NCBI GenBank assembly: GCA_027604505.1
Contig: JADIIX010000187.1
Span: 1 to 35,330, forward strand
Source: Gonapodya sp. JEL0774
Lineage: Eukaryota
Length of the DNA stretch: 35,330 nucleotides
Direction of reading: 5' to 3'
The notes beneath the pieces are model-generated. The model was given only the letters and a program-made list of their open reading frames with translations, did no database searches and was not told the DNA's origin. Shown one piece after another: positions 10,186 through 22,296 of the stretch (position 1 is its first letter; every line of letters starts with the position of its first letter). A program made the position numbers and the translations under genes.

Positions 10186-13100
10186 TCATTTGTGGTTAGT
10201 ACTAGGTACACCCTTCAAAGCTTTTAAGAGGACGGATTGATTGTCGGAAGACTTTACTACGGACTCTCTGCTGTGGGCGACAGATTTAGGAGGTGCCGGA
10301 TTTGTTTCCTGGTTGCAAGAGAAGCAACTCTGCTTAACTGTGTTAACTGTATGGGACCCACACACACTATGTCTCACCTGCTTCCCAAACGTGAATGTTT
10401 TCATGGTCTTGGTCACGACTCCACCGTGGCTGTGCTCCTTTGCAAATGACTCCGCGAGTTTGTTCAACTTGCTGGGTGAGTGATTCAGCAGTCCACCACG
10501 TTTTGGCTTGGCGGTGTTTGGTAGAGGTTTCGCTCTCTGAAAAAGGATAATCCAGCAGCACGAGGTGAGCTGAGCTGACATGTCGTGCAAAATTGCTACA
10601 AACAAACAAACAAAAAGAATTAAATGCTCACCCGTACATAACCACCAGGTTCAACTGTCCCGCGCATTCCAAACCGTCCGATTGACGACCCTTGAGATCT
10701 ATCTCGCGCGTGCTTCTTCGGAGATGCTTGGTCTACGACCAGCGGGTCTCGAGAGCGATCACGGATAATGCTGAGGAAGTCAACGCTGAGGTGACTGTTG
10801 AGCTGGGGAGTCAGTCAACAGCAGAATTAGTCAGAAGCAGAGAGATTTGTCGACCCAATACCCACTACGGATTTATTTTCTACGTCAGGGAGCGCAGTCT
10901 TCGGTGTTCCTTCGTCATTGGGGGACCCGTCTATTGCAGAGCGAGTTTTCGTCGTCTCGGCCCTTCGTTGGGATGCAATGTCATCCCAGTGATCATCATC
11001 CACCGCATTTGCAGAAGAAAAGTAGGGTGCCAGCCGCTTCAATTTTTTGGGCTTCCCAGGGCTTCCATCGTTCCGTTCCGACTGATCATCTTCGCTTACA
11101 GAATCGGGCTCGCTCTCCTCCTCATCGTCGGACCGCTCCAACATCTCATCATCCTGCACACCTATGATGTCTCCATCCGGCATCACAAAGTCGATCCGAG
11201 GAGGATGTTGTGTTGTGGGGGGCGAGGCAGTACCGTTGGGGACATCCACCTCGGAGCTCAAACGTTCTCCTAAGAAGTCGTCATCGTCCCGATTTCCCCA
11301 TTCGAAGGCTTTGGCGAAGGCTGCTGTCACTGGGTTGGCCGCTATGACGTGAAAACTTCAGAAAGATACTCGTACCGCTTCATCAGTAGAGATTTACCAT
11401 ATCTTTCCACCGCGGTGAGTTCCTCCCCTTCATCATCGTCATTCATTCTGCGCTTGGCATACTTCTCGGCTAGCTTCTTCCAAGCTCCACCAAACAGTTC
11501 GTCTTCGTCACTACTGTCAATATCAAAGCCCTTCCCATCCAAGCCGCGCCTCCTGCGCTTGCGAAGATTTCCAGTTGTCACGTCTTGGAGAAGGTTGTTG
11601 AAGTCCTGGTCATCTTTCTCCTTCATTTGTTGCCTTCAGAAGATCACTGAGATTAAGACTATCTGCCGGTTTTCAACCGAACCTCACTCATACCTGTGCA
11701 GTTTCATGATATCATCGAATGACATCACTTCGCCAGTTTCCGGCGCAATCAACCCCTCAAGGTCCTTAGCGTCTTCTTCATCGGTATCAATTTCGCCATC
11801 TTGACCTCCTAAGCCCATGAACTCGTCATCCTCCTCTTCAGCCTCAGTGGCAAGGAAAATGGACTTTTTCTTGTTCCTCCGTTTTGCAAGTTTTGGCGCT
11901 TCATCATCGTAACCGTCAGCTGGAGGATTAAGAAGTCCTAAACCGTGGCCTAGGTGCATTTGCCCAGTGTGGGCCATTGCAGGCGAGGCCGGAACAGGGA
12001 CACCGATTGCGACGCCTTGACCCATAGTCAATTCCTTTGCCTCTTCCTTATCATCACTCTCATCTTCGTTTTCATCATTGCGTCGTTGCTCACCATCCGC
12101 ATCCGCGTCCGACACGTCCGATACGTCGCTGCTGTCCGCGGAGTCTTCACCGTCGGTCATTTCAGCCTCTTCTTCCGATTCTTCAAACTCTTCAGCTAGA
12201 TCACCATTCAGGCCCATAGAGTTCTCGATTTCGACATCAGAAGAGTTGTCTTCCTCCTCGTCTTCCGTAATGAAGCGCTTTCGCGTTCCTGCTCGGCGAT
12301 ATCTCCTAACGGATCCTTCGACCTCGCCCTCCTCATCCACAGAGACTGGTTTTCCAACAACCTCCTTATCTTGAACGCCCCCCCGTTCTTGGGCGTTCTT
12401 CTCGAATTCCTTGCCAAAGAAATTGAGGATTGACCCTCCCATTTTCATCGCTCTCTCGGCCGCCTTCTGCTTCTCGGCAAGTTTTCTTTGTCGTTCTTTC
12501 TCCTTCTTGAGAGCCTCCTTGTCTACTGGCATCCAGAGCGCCCGCGACCCGATCTGGAGGGTGGTGGACTCAGGAGATTGTGGGTTTTGTTCACTCACTC
12601 CCTCAACGTCATCCATGTTGCGTTCAGGCACCTGAACTATGTCAGGCGGCATCAACGCATTCGAGCTGCTGAGCGGGCCAGTCCATCCGCCAGTCGATTG
12701 GTATGGGATCTTTGGTGGTAATTCCAGCGTTTGGCTGCCAACAAACGGATCGAGGGAGTTTTCTATTGAGTAGCGTAGGCGGATCGGAAGCCGCTCGAGC
12801 TCTATTGGAACGTCAATTTCGAGTGTAGAAGGGGAGCGGATCTCGTCACAAGAAGCACCCTGTGTAACACAGTTAGCGCGAATCTGAGTTGCTTCTGATG
12901 ATGAACACGGATCCGAGACTCTGGAACTCACGAACGGCACACTGTCCGACGAAAAAACCCTAAAATTGGACCCACCAGCCCTTATCTCACCAGCATCACT
13001 GGGACGCATCGAGCTCTTCTGAGTTGCGGTTAGGGTCAATCCCATGGCTCTACTTGAGGGATCCCGCACCTGGTAATATCCGCAATGGCGCCATTCATAG

Positions 13101-16100
13101 ACTAAGGTAAACCGCCTTAAGCAGTATGAGCGATCGCTCAACTTACCTCGGAAGCAGCCGTTCCCAAAATCTCTGCTGCTTTGTCTCTTGTCCCCAGACC
13201 TTCCACAGACTCTTGTGTGTGGCTAAACGAAAGTTCTCCAATATCTTTCATGGCATCCGCACGCAGTCTGTCCATCGCATCAACGGCGGTCTAGTCGATG
13301 TTGTGGGATATCAAAACGAACATGGCAATTGCAACGATCAGCGGGCATTCGAAGCACATTCAACATTTGAACCAAATCAAGAGATACATTACCCCGCCAT
13401 AGTCCGCAGCTTCCGCTTGTGTTTCCTCGAAGAACTTGACTAGTCCCTCTCGATCTTCCTTTTCAGGCGTTCCCTGCGGCCTCTGCGATTGGCTCAACGA
13501 AAGATTGTCCATTCCCATGACCGCTTGAGCGCGAATCCTATCCATAGCTTCAAAGGGATGCTGGAAGATGAAAGAGGGCGCATGATGGTGAATAAGTGAA
13601 TATTACGCGTATGAAATTTCTGCCAAATACTCGCCTCCACCTGGTCTGTACCGCCGAGTTGCGTGGTTTCAAAGAATTCACCTAAAGACTTCTCCAAACT
13701 TCTTGGTGTCTGTGTCTGTGTCTGCGTTGCGTCCATTCCTCGGCCGACGCTTTGCTCAGCAGCAACAGCAGTGCGGAGACGGTCAAAAATAGGCTAGCGG
13801 AAGAGACATAGACGTTAGTTGACGCATGTCAATGCGTCAACGCAATTTGGCTTCTAACACACCTCAGAATGACGCTCTTCTTCAACCTGCGTGCCCTCCT
13901 CAAACAGCCTCTGTAAACCCTCCTTCATGACTTGAGAGCCTCCGCCACTCTGAGTACTTCTGGACATCTCCACATCGTCCAAAGAGTTTCTTCGAGCGTC
14001 CTCACCAACCGCGGACCATGGGAATGGTGATCCACCGTCCGCAAAGACTGCTCCTTCTCCGTCCGAATCTGATGTACCTCCGACGTCGTGGAGATTATCA
14101 AGAGCATCTGGGTATAAGGGTAGTGAAGAAAAATAGTTTGTTGGGTTGACGGAAGGTGGGAAGGGATCGCGGGACGAAAGTGATGAAGGGGTTGCGGAGG
14201 GCATTAACGAAGGGTTCAACAGTGGTAAAGCGCTTGTCGCAGAGGCGGCAGCCGATTGGTTCCCTAGTTTCTGTGAGATTTGAAGGAGTTGCGTCGATTT
14301 TGCACGTTCACTGTAGATCTGGACGGTGCCACTCTGGACGGTACCACTGTAGCACCCCACGCCCAGAGAAACTCACCTTCAATCTCCTAAATCCATCACC
14401 ACCCCTCTCCCTCTCCTCCTCCCTCCTCCTCTCCTCTTCCTCTTCCCTCTTCTTCTTCTTCCTCTCCGCCCTCTCTCTTTTCCGCGCTGACTCAAGTTCC
14501 CTCGCTTCTCGAGCCTTGGCGCTCTGCTCCTTCAACTTTTCTTCAATCATGCGCTCCATCTCAGCACGAGTGAGATTCAAGTTAGGCTTGTACGTTGATC
14601 CCGAGCCGCCCTTTCCAACCGCCCCGAGAGTTAGTGTCCCGCCAGAAACCACATGAGCAGGCTTCACCACCACCAGCTCGAACTCGTCATCTGCCTTCCG
14701 AAGGGTCGCTCTATCAAGCTCAGGGATGGTGGGGTACCGTTTCGGTTTGAGAGAAGTCAAGGTCGGTTTACGGGGCTTGACTGGAGCAGGTGCAGCAGCG
14801 TCGACGGTGAGGCGGGGTCGGGAAAGGCCAAGAGCTCCCACAGTTGGGGGTGTTAGGAGAGATTTAGAGGGACTGTGGTTTACTAGGGCAGGTTGGATCA
14901 AACTGTGGAAAGTCAACAGAAATAGTGAGAATGACACAAGCAATCCGTTCACACCTCTCATACCGCGACATCTACTTTTCCTTTAAAAATCCGCCAAGAG
15001 TCAACCCCACCGTCGTTACTCACCCGCTGACATGATCCTTTCCTGCCACAGACACCTGCTCCAGGTAACCCCCAATCATATCCTTAAGACTTCGCTTGTT
15101 TGCAACAGTGGGAACCAATTCAACATGTGTGACTGGTGGCGTGTACATGGAGAGGCATGTGCGGTTGTTTATGAAGACGGGACGATATGGGAGCGCGTGA
15201 TTCCGGGGAAGGTGGAGATGGAATTGATGTGGGGTGCGATTACACGGGGAGCATATGATACTTACGTCGGGAAAGCCGGTCGGTTTCTTTTTTCATTTCA
15301 AGTAGTGCCTTTTTGGATGAGGCCTGGGTTAGATGGGAGGAGAGGACGCGGGGGATGTGCGGATATTGGCCTAACTTGCCCTCGGGAATCAACCCCATGT
15401 ACCGAGCTGCGACTCACTCTAGCCTTTCTCAGCACACCACCTGCACCATCACGGTTTCCTTCGTCCTCGCTGAAATTAACATCAGCGTGTGCATCGTCCC
15501 CAACTGGGTCGTGGTCTTCCCCTCCAGTTTGGTCGGTTTGCTCCTCCTCGTTCCCGCTAGTAGAGGCTCTTGGTGCTTTAGGGCTTTCAGGTTCCCCGGC
15601 AGAGTCGGAATCTGAATCGGAGGATGTGCCGGGTGAATTTGGAAGGTTGGACTGGGACACATGGGGGCTGGGCAAGTCTGTGTACATTTCAACGTGGGCC
15701 GACAAATCAGCAGTATCGGATCGAGGGAGGGCGGCAATACCGCCGTCTTCATCGTTGAGAGTGTCGTCTGAAGTGTGGCGGGCATCAGCCAATGCGGACG
15801 GACTCGATAATCGGCGGTTGAGTTTCTTTTTCTTCGGACGGTCTTCGCGCACGTCATAGTCAGTGGAGGCCCCATCTGAAGCAGACGACAACGTTGGCTT
15901 GCGTTTGGAGAGTTTTCGCCGCGGAGGGGAAGGTGGGTACGAGATTGGAGAGACTGTGGACGAACGAGTATTTGGGCGAGACCGAGATGGTAGATAAAAG
16001 TTTGCTTTGGGAGATGATGCTGCTTCTGAGCGCGTGGTGGAGGTTGGTGAGGAAGGGAGATGTGGCATTTGAGCCACTGTTCTTGCTTTCATCCTGCCGA

Positions 16101-16443
16101 TCCGTCCAACAGCAACAGTCTTGTGCTCAAAAAAGTGGTCGTGATCTTCATCGCTGCTGTAACTGCCGCTGTCTGTAACATTTTTCCGTGAATTGCCAAT
16201 TGCCTCAAAGGACTGTTCACTTCCCCAACCACGACCACGTTCAGCCCCAGCGGGGGATTTGCGGTCAGATCCGCTGTACTCTTCCCTGATTCCTTCTCTT
16301 AAGCATGAATCCGAGCCAGCGTCGCCATCCATATTCGAATCAAACCCAAGTAGAGCAGCTCTGTCGGTATCAGAGAGGTCATGAATCCCAGGCAAGCGCG
16401 AAGATGGCACCTTTGGGGAGCCATCTTCCACAATCGAGGTCAT
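10186..16443 (-). CDS. MRC1: Mrc1/Claspin-like replication checkpoint mediator (MRC1 domain); many exons, exon structure at 14.9-15.4 kb uncertain
   Basis: MRC1-domain-like text IFLATEAEEEDDEFMGLGG..DLEGLI..KLHRQQMKEKDDQDFNNLLQDVTTGNLRKRRR..FDIDSSDEDE, long acidic tracts, coiled-coil segments and an SQ/TQ cluster. Collinear minus-strand ORFs are joined by GT-AG introns. Confidence 0.72.
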
Positions 16444-16585
16444 TGACTTTAAATCGGCTTGCGCGCGTTGACGTGTCAGTAATGAATTGATTTGAAGGTC
16501 GTAAGTTTTGTACATGGAGGTGGAGAGTCCGGTCTTCGCAACTGGAAACATACACGAGCCAACTGGAGATATGTCAACTGCAAAA
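16444..16585. promoter_or_regulatory. Compact bidirectional promoter between the MRC1-like gene and HIS3, with a CGCG-core element
   Basis: Head-to-head ATGs are at most 142 bp apart; ttgcgcgcgttgacgtg lies at ~16459-16475. Confidence 0.45.
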
Positions 16586-17578
16586 ATGACAACACCGAAT
16601 GAGACTGATTCCAAAGTGGCTTCTAAATTGGCATCAGCTTCCATCAATTCCGCACTGGTCGCAAGAAAGACCAAGGAGACCGACGTCTCCATATTCATCG
16701 ACATTCGACCCCCTGGTGGCGTGCAGGTTATCGCTGTTTCGACTGGAATCGGATTTCTGGATCATATGATGGAGGCACTCGCCAAGCACGCGAAATGGTC
16801 CCTCGATGCCTCGTGTAAAGGAGATCTTCATATCGATGACCATCACACAACTGAGGACACTGCGCTTGCCCTTGGTCAGGCATTTAAGAAGGCACTCGGA
16901 GACGCGAAGGGAATCAGGAGGTTTGGCAGTGCTTATGCCCCCCTTGATGAGGTGGGCGGCCTTCGTTCTCATGATATGCCAGAGATGGTTGCCCGACTAC
17001 CGCAAAACCCCCCACCCCCACCGACCCTGATGTCTGACCGACGTCAGGCCCTCTCTCGTACCGTTCTTGATATCTCCGGTCGTCCCTTCTGCCACGCCCA
17101 ACTCGAGTTGCGCAGACCCTCCATAGGGACCTTGTCAACCGAGATGATCCCCCACTTCTTCCAGTCTTTTGCGGCGGCGGCAGGTGTCACTTTGCATGTG
17201 GACGTTCTGCGGGGTGAGAATGATCACCATCGGTAAGTGTCGCCTAAAAATATCTCTTAAACGAGGAACAGCCTTTGGAGCTCGTGGCTGAGTTTGGACC
17301 GTGAGACTCAAGAGGAATGTGTGTGTTGCGTGTATTGCGTGTAGTGATGACTGATAATTGCTAGCCTTAGCTTCAGGAGGGAAAAGATGGAGTACCATCC
17401 TTCTCCTTCCCAACTGTTTCCTTCCATCTGGTGCAACCCGTAATCATAATCCGCTTGTATCCACACTTCTAGCGCCGAATCCGCCTTCAAATCTTTTGCG
17501 CTCGCGCTTCGCCAGGCAACAGAACTGACAGGGGGAAACGACGTACCGAGCACCAAAGGGGTTCTGGAGGGATTTTGA
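16586..17578 (+). CDS. HIS3: Imidazoleglycerol-phosphate dehydratase; 3 exons (introns ~16952-17047 and 17233-17472); alternative in-frame ATGs at 16514 and 16571
   Basis: [67 protein letters not shown] and VPSTKGVL are the diagnostic IGPD motifs. TGA at 17576-17578. Confidence 0.97.
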
Positions 17579-18060
17579 GCGCGTTTTTCGTTTTAAGTGA
17601 TGCTCAAAGTTCCATGCGGTGCTGTCCTATTACCTGTTTCTGTTCAAAAATTTGTTTGGAATCCGTGGCATTGCAGCGCCGACGGCAGGTGGGATTGTTG
17701 TTTGGAAATGAAGGCAATGGACATCGTACCGCTATATACCCTGCATTTCGAAGCACAACGTTAATGCAACGACACTCGGCTTGATTGACCAGTGATTTTG
17801 ATGAAAGAAGTTGTCGCACGTGTTACATGTTGTCTCGTGATCAACAATCTGCACCAATGTCTATTAGATATCGTGAAAGTACAGGTGTAAACGAGAAGAC
17901 AAGAGAAAGCAATATCACGTCGCCAACGCTGAAACAATACGATCGTTCACCACAGCAAGCCGGTTCAACCACAAGCACTTCTTCCGCTATCTCCTTCGGG
18001 TATCAAAACAACACGACGTTCAATCCACCATGCGACGTTTTTTTTGCTTAACTATTCAAG

Positions 18061-20346
18061 TTAGTTCCAAGTCATAGCCGGAATACCCGCGCCAGAACCC
18101 TGTGGTTGTGCTTGAGGCTGTCCAAAGGCGGCCCAGCCCCCTGCTGTCGGGTTTGCTGGTGAGTAGGAAGCACCTGGACCAACCGAACCGGCTGAAACCG
18201 GTGAGGGCGACGGCACGGGCGACGCCGAGGTGAACGCGCCAAATCCACTCATCGACGAAGATGGGGACAGAGATAGGGGCATGGGCTGTTGCTGAGCCAT
18301 CGGCGCAGGCGCGGGAGCGAAGGACGCAAATTGCCCAAAGGAGCCACGGTGCTGCTGCTGCTGGTGAGACGCTGGGGTCGTTGGGAGTTGAGGTTGAGGG
18401 GGGAATGCAAGGGGGGCGGCGGGAGGTGCAAAGGAGCCGTATGGAGCCTGAACTGGGGCTCCGCCTGATTGAGCAAACCCACCAAAGCCTGGCATTGAAT
18501 TATTGCCGGGCACTAGGGCCATTGACGGTGATACAGGGGCCGAGGCGAATGCCGCCCAGCCTGGTGCGGCAGGCTGTAAGAATTGCTGTTGTTGGGGTTG
18601 TGCAGGAGGACCGTACAGACTCATAATACCAGATTTAAGATCAACCAGACCAGCAGGGGGGTTCGGTTGGCCCACGCTTGGATTCGCGGCGGTAGTTGTA
18701 GACATTGACGAGGGCGGCGGGGATCCAAACACGGCAAAGAGCTCAGCTTTGGCAGAATTGACAGGCTGAGTAGCAGTGATTGCGGGTGCGGCGGATGGGG
18801 CAGGGAAGTTGGTAGAGGGGAACGGGTTTGATGTTTGTGTAGCAGGAGTGGACATAACCACAGGGGCGGCTTGGGAATGAGCAGCAGGAGCCTGGAAACA
18901 CCGAAAAAGAGAATGAAAGTTAAAAATGGCGCACAATGTGGAAGTAGAACTGTCGAGGTTTGATCAGTTCAACGTCATAAAACCCGATTGGGACGAACCC
19001 AAATCGGATCTATGTTCATGACCCAGACCTCTCAGTAACTAAAAATTGATTCATAGCTACTTACAACTGCTGCATGCTGTTGTTTAACCGCCTGATTCTG
19101 GACGGGTGCCGGCGCGGCTGACATCGTTCCGGCACCCAACGTTGCAGGGTCTGGTAGGCCTCCTGGCAGGGCCCATCGCTTGGTCTCGTATTTTTGGCGG
19201 ATCCAAAATTCAAGGTTCCCGCTGGGCTCGTGAGAACCGGTCATGGAAGACTCCCAATATCTGCAATCGTGAATAGAGACTCTATCAGTTACTTTCTGAA
19301 AGTTCTACTTCTGAATTACGTCACCCATGTATCTTTGAAGCACGGATGCTGTTATGATGTTGGCTGACCCTATTCAACGAGCCACCGTGCGCCAACAAAC
19401 TGAAACCTATCCTTCTCGTGTAGTCTCCGCAATACTCCTGCGCCAATGACACTGAAGTGTAAATCAAGACTCACATATTTGCTCGTGTGTTGCCCCACTT
19501 TTCCATATTAGCGACCTGATCCGGGGTCCACGTATCCTGTCAGTGAGACCAGAAAATTTGCTCAGAATAGAATTTTCCCGAACTCCACTTTGGCCTCACG
19601 ACACCACATTGTGCTGAGTAGGGTCTAAAACGCGATCTCCCTCGAGAAACGGACAGTAGTCCAACACTCACGAGATCAACGCTCTTCATTTTGGATATGT
19701 GGACACCAAGGGATCGGTGAATGCCGGCACACCGCATACAAACAAAGATGCCGAGGTTCCATGATGCCCAGCGAGGGTCTAATTCGTAATACGGCGGTCA
19801 GGGTATCATCATGCCATCACGACGGTTGCACCCGGGATGTGGAGAAATAAAACAGATGCATTGAGAATCGGCATTGGATTATGATCCAATGCGAGTCTTG
19901 GCAGCGAAAATACCTTTGGATTTGCAGTCTACGTAAGAGTGGTGGTGGTGGAGGGAATTGTTGTCCAAGAAGGATGATGCAATATATCGGTTAATGTCAT
20001 GTTGGATCAGTTCAATGCACTTCCTTGCGAGCTTCGCTATTCCTCATCAATGGAATCAATCTTGTCACTAACTGTGCAACACCTAGCCATGCCGGAGTTG
20101 ATCGCCCCCCAAACACCTGAGAACCTGCGTTACCTCAATCTCACAACACTCCTTGCCTCGGGAACAATGCAGCACAAAAGGTCCATGGAAGACCACTGTC
20201 GCCTCGGACCCCAATCGCTCCTTTTGGCTGGCTCAAGACCCACCAGCGCAGAGCTTGTTGTCCGGTCTCTTCAGCAGCTCTGACAATATCTTTAAGTTCT
20301 GCTCATTTTGTGATTTGTTCGCTTGGCGTTCGAGTCTGGTTGACAT
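18061..20346 (-). CDS. ArfGAP (SMAP/Age2-like) with Pro/Gln/Phe-rich low-complexity tail; includes a 15-nt microexon at 19914-19928
   Basis: Spliced zinc finger [82 protein letters not shown] (CxxC-x16-CxxC-x4-R). Confidence 0.93.
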
Positions 20347-20484
20347 AGTGGGTTTGAGTTGTATTGGTTGGCGATTTGGGGCTGGGCTGGCTGAAGCTCT
20401 CGTATCTTGCTTCAGAAACCTGGTGAAGACTCCCCTCTTCGCCTTATTTTTATAGAAGGACAGTGCCATTCAGAAAAGTAAACA

Positions 20485-22133
20485 ATGGATCCAATCTACG
20501 ATTCAGGCACTTGCGTTCTGTGCGATGTCATCGAGTACGACGGAAACATGGTTTGCTGCGTTTGCGGCAAGCTGCAATCCGAAGGAATCGATTTTCTTCC
20601 AGAAAGAGGCGGGCAATCGGTGGAGTCTTTTCCCTATGAGGCATTTCTGGAATCAGGTTACAGGAGGACCAACGTCGGGCAAACATTCTATCCTTCAGTT
20701 GGCAGCAAACGGAAGAGGACTGTAATGGAGCAGGACCACGGGGCTGTTGAGGCAGACATAGAGGATCAAGGGACAAACAATGACATGGATTTTGGTGGTT
20801 TACTCAGGATCACAGGAGGAGGTCAACGGGAGAGACTGAATGTCTTGAGCGGCGGGCGAGACGTTCTTGCTGAAGCTGGTGAGGGCACCTTGCTACGAGG
20901 ACGCATGCGAGGTGGAGAAAAATGGGGCCGTAAGGTGGAGGTGAGTGGACAGTTTGGATGATGAGAGCGATTGCCCATGAACTCACCAATGGTGTGCTTT
21001 TCCTTCCCCTCAATGGAGCAAGTACTCCGCGAAACTCTGACGCGGTTCATCACCGACCTCAACCTCGGCTCTGATGTTGGTGATGCGGCGTTTGCCCGTT
21101 GCAGGCGCGTTTTCCAAAACAAGGAACTCGCTCCACGATTCGCCGGACCTTCCCGTGGCAAAGTTGCTCTGCTAGCTTGTATATTCCTGGAATGTGGAGA
21201 GAGAAACATAGCTTTGGAGGCCCACAGGGTAGCGGTGAGTAAGTCCTGTCTCAAATCTAGTAGTGAAAGTGACTGTATGCGGGGTTGTTCGATGGTATTT
21301 CGTCATGAGAGGGAGTCGCGAGCTCGTGGATTAGATTTTTGCCATGTGGCTATGTCCGCCTCTCCGGAAATGCTTTTCATCGGAAGTATCGATGTGTCCA
21401 GTGTCTCGCTGAAGGATCTATTGGTTTCGAGCAAGCGCGTTATGAAGACCAATTTCATGTTTGCCCCTCTCCCCGTCTCAACACGTGCTCCTATTCACGT
21501 TTCTAGGACGTTCTCGGCCTCTCGGGCAAGCAACTCCTCGGGATTGCCATGTGCTTTCGCCGGGAATTCGCCCTCGAATTCAAGAAAGCCCCCGGTGCTG
21601 CTTACATCGAGCGTCTTGTGGAACTGTTGCATCCTTATACCCACACGTCTCGTTCCAGACCTTCATGGAGGATGGCGCCAGCACACCGCGGATCTTCGGT
21701 AGAAATCCCTCTAGTTAACCAAAGTCGCTATGCAACGCTGGCAAGACCTGAATCTCGTGGCGACGGTGATACCCAGCTGTCTCTGACAAAAAAGCGCCGG
21801 CAACTATCCCAGCTCGCCATCTTCCTCTACAGGATCCCTGCCACCCCTGAGCCACCTGTAGCGCCTCTTCGTGCCGTTGCATCGACGTATCTTGCATATT
21901 CACTTGTGGAGGCGCGGCGAGCGCCCCTAGCTGTGATGAGGTCGTTGTGCACGGAAGTGTCAGTTTCCATGAACATGGTTGAAAGGGAAGTCGCGGAGAT
22001 GGAGCAGGCAATGTTGAATAAGTGTAAGGGCTGGGCTCCTTGGGCGATCGACTTTAAGGGGGACGATGTGGGTTTATGGGGTGCAAGCGCAATGAGATGG
22101 GGCGAGAAACAACCGGCGTGGTTCGAGGGATGA
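20485..22133 (+). CDS. TFIIB/BRF-family transcription initiation factor-like protein (Zn ribbon plus cyclin-like repeats); 3 exons (20485-20940, 21019-21235, ~21508-22133)
   Basis: N-terminal CVLC..GNMVCCVCG Zn ribbon; cyclin-fold-like LLACIFLEC..RVADVLGL..LLG..AAYIERLVELL and AVASTYLA..SLCTEVSVSMNMV. Confidence 0.6.
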
Positions 22134-22296
22134 TGTTGATAGAGTGACCGTTGACAAGCTCAGCAGCAATCATAAAAAGAAAATATTTGGACATGAGTTA
22201 GTGTAGTTGCAATTGAAAAACGTGGATAAAGAGTTTTGAAACCATGAAGTCCGCCGGACCGTGGTTCCCCAACGAAGTTGAGATCTCTCTGTAGAT

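Noticed and set aside
16444..16704. Minus-strand ORF extension overlapping HIS3 head-to-head
   Set aside because: The extra 87 codons are mostly antisense to HIS3 and show no recognisable motif; ATG 16443 is the more parsimonious start.
17344..17354. Box C (GTGATGA) plus CTGA in HIS3 intron 2 as a C/D snoRNA
   Set aside because: The boxes are adjacent, with no guide region and no distal D box or terminal stem.
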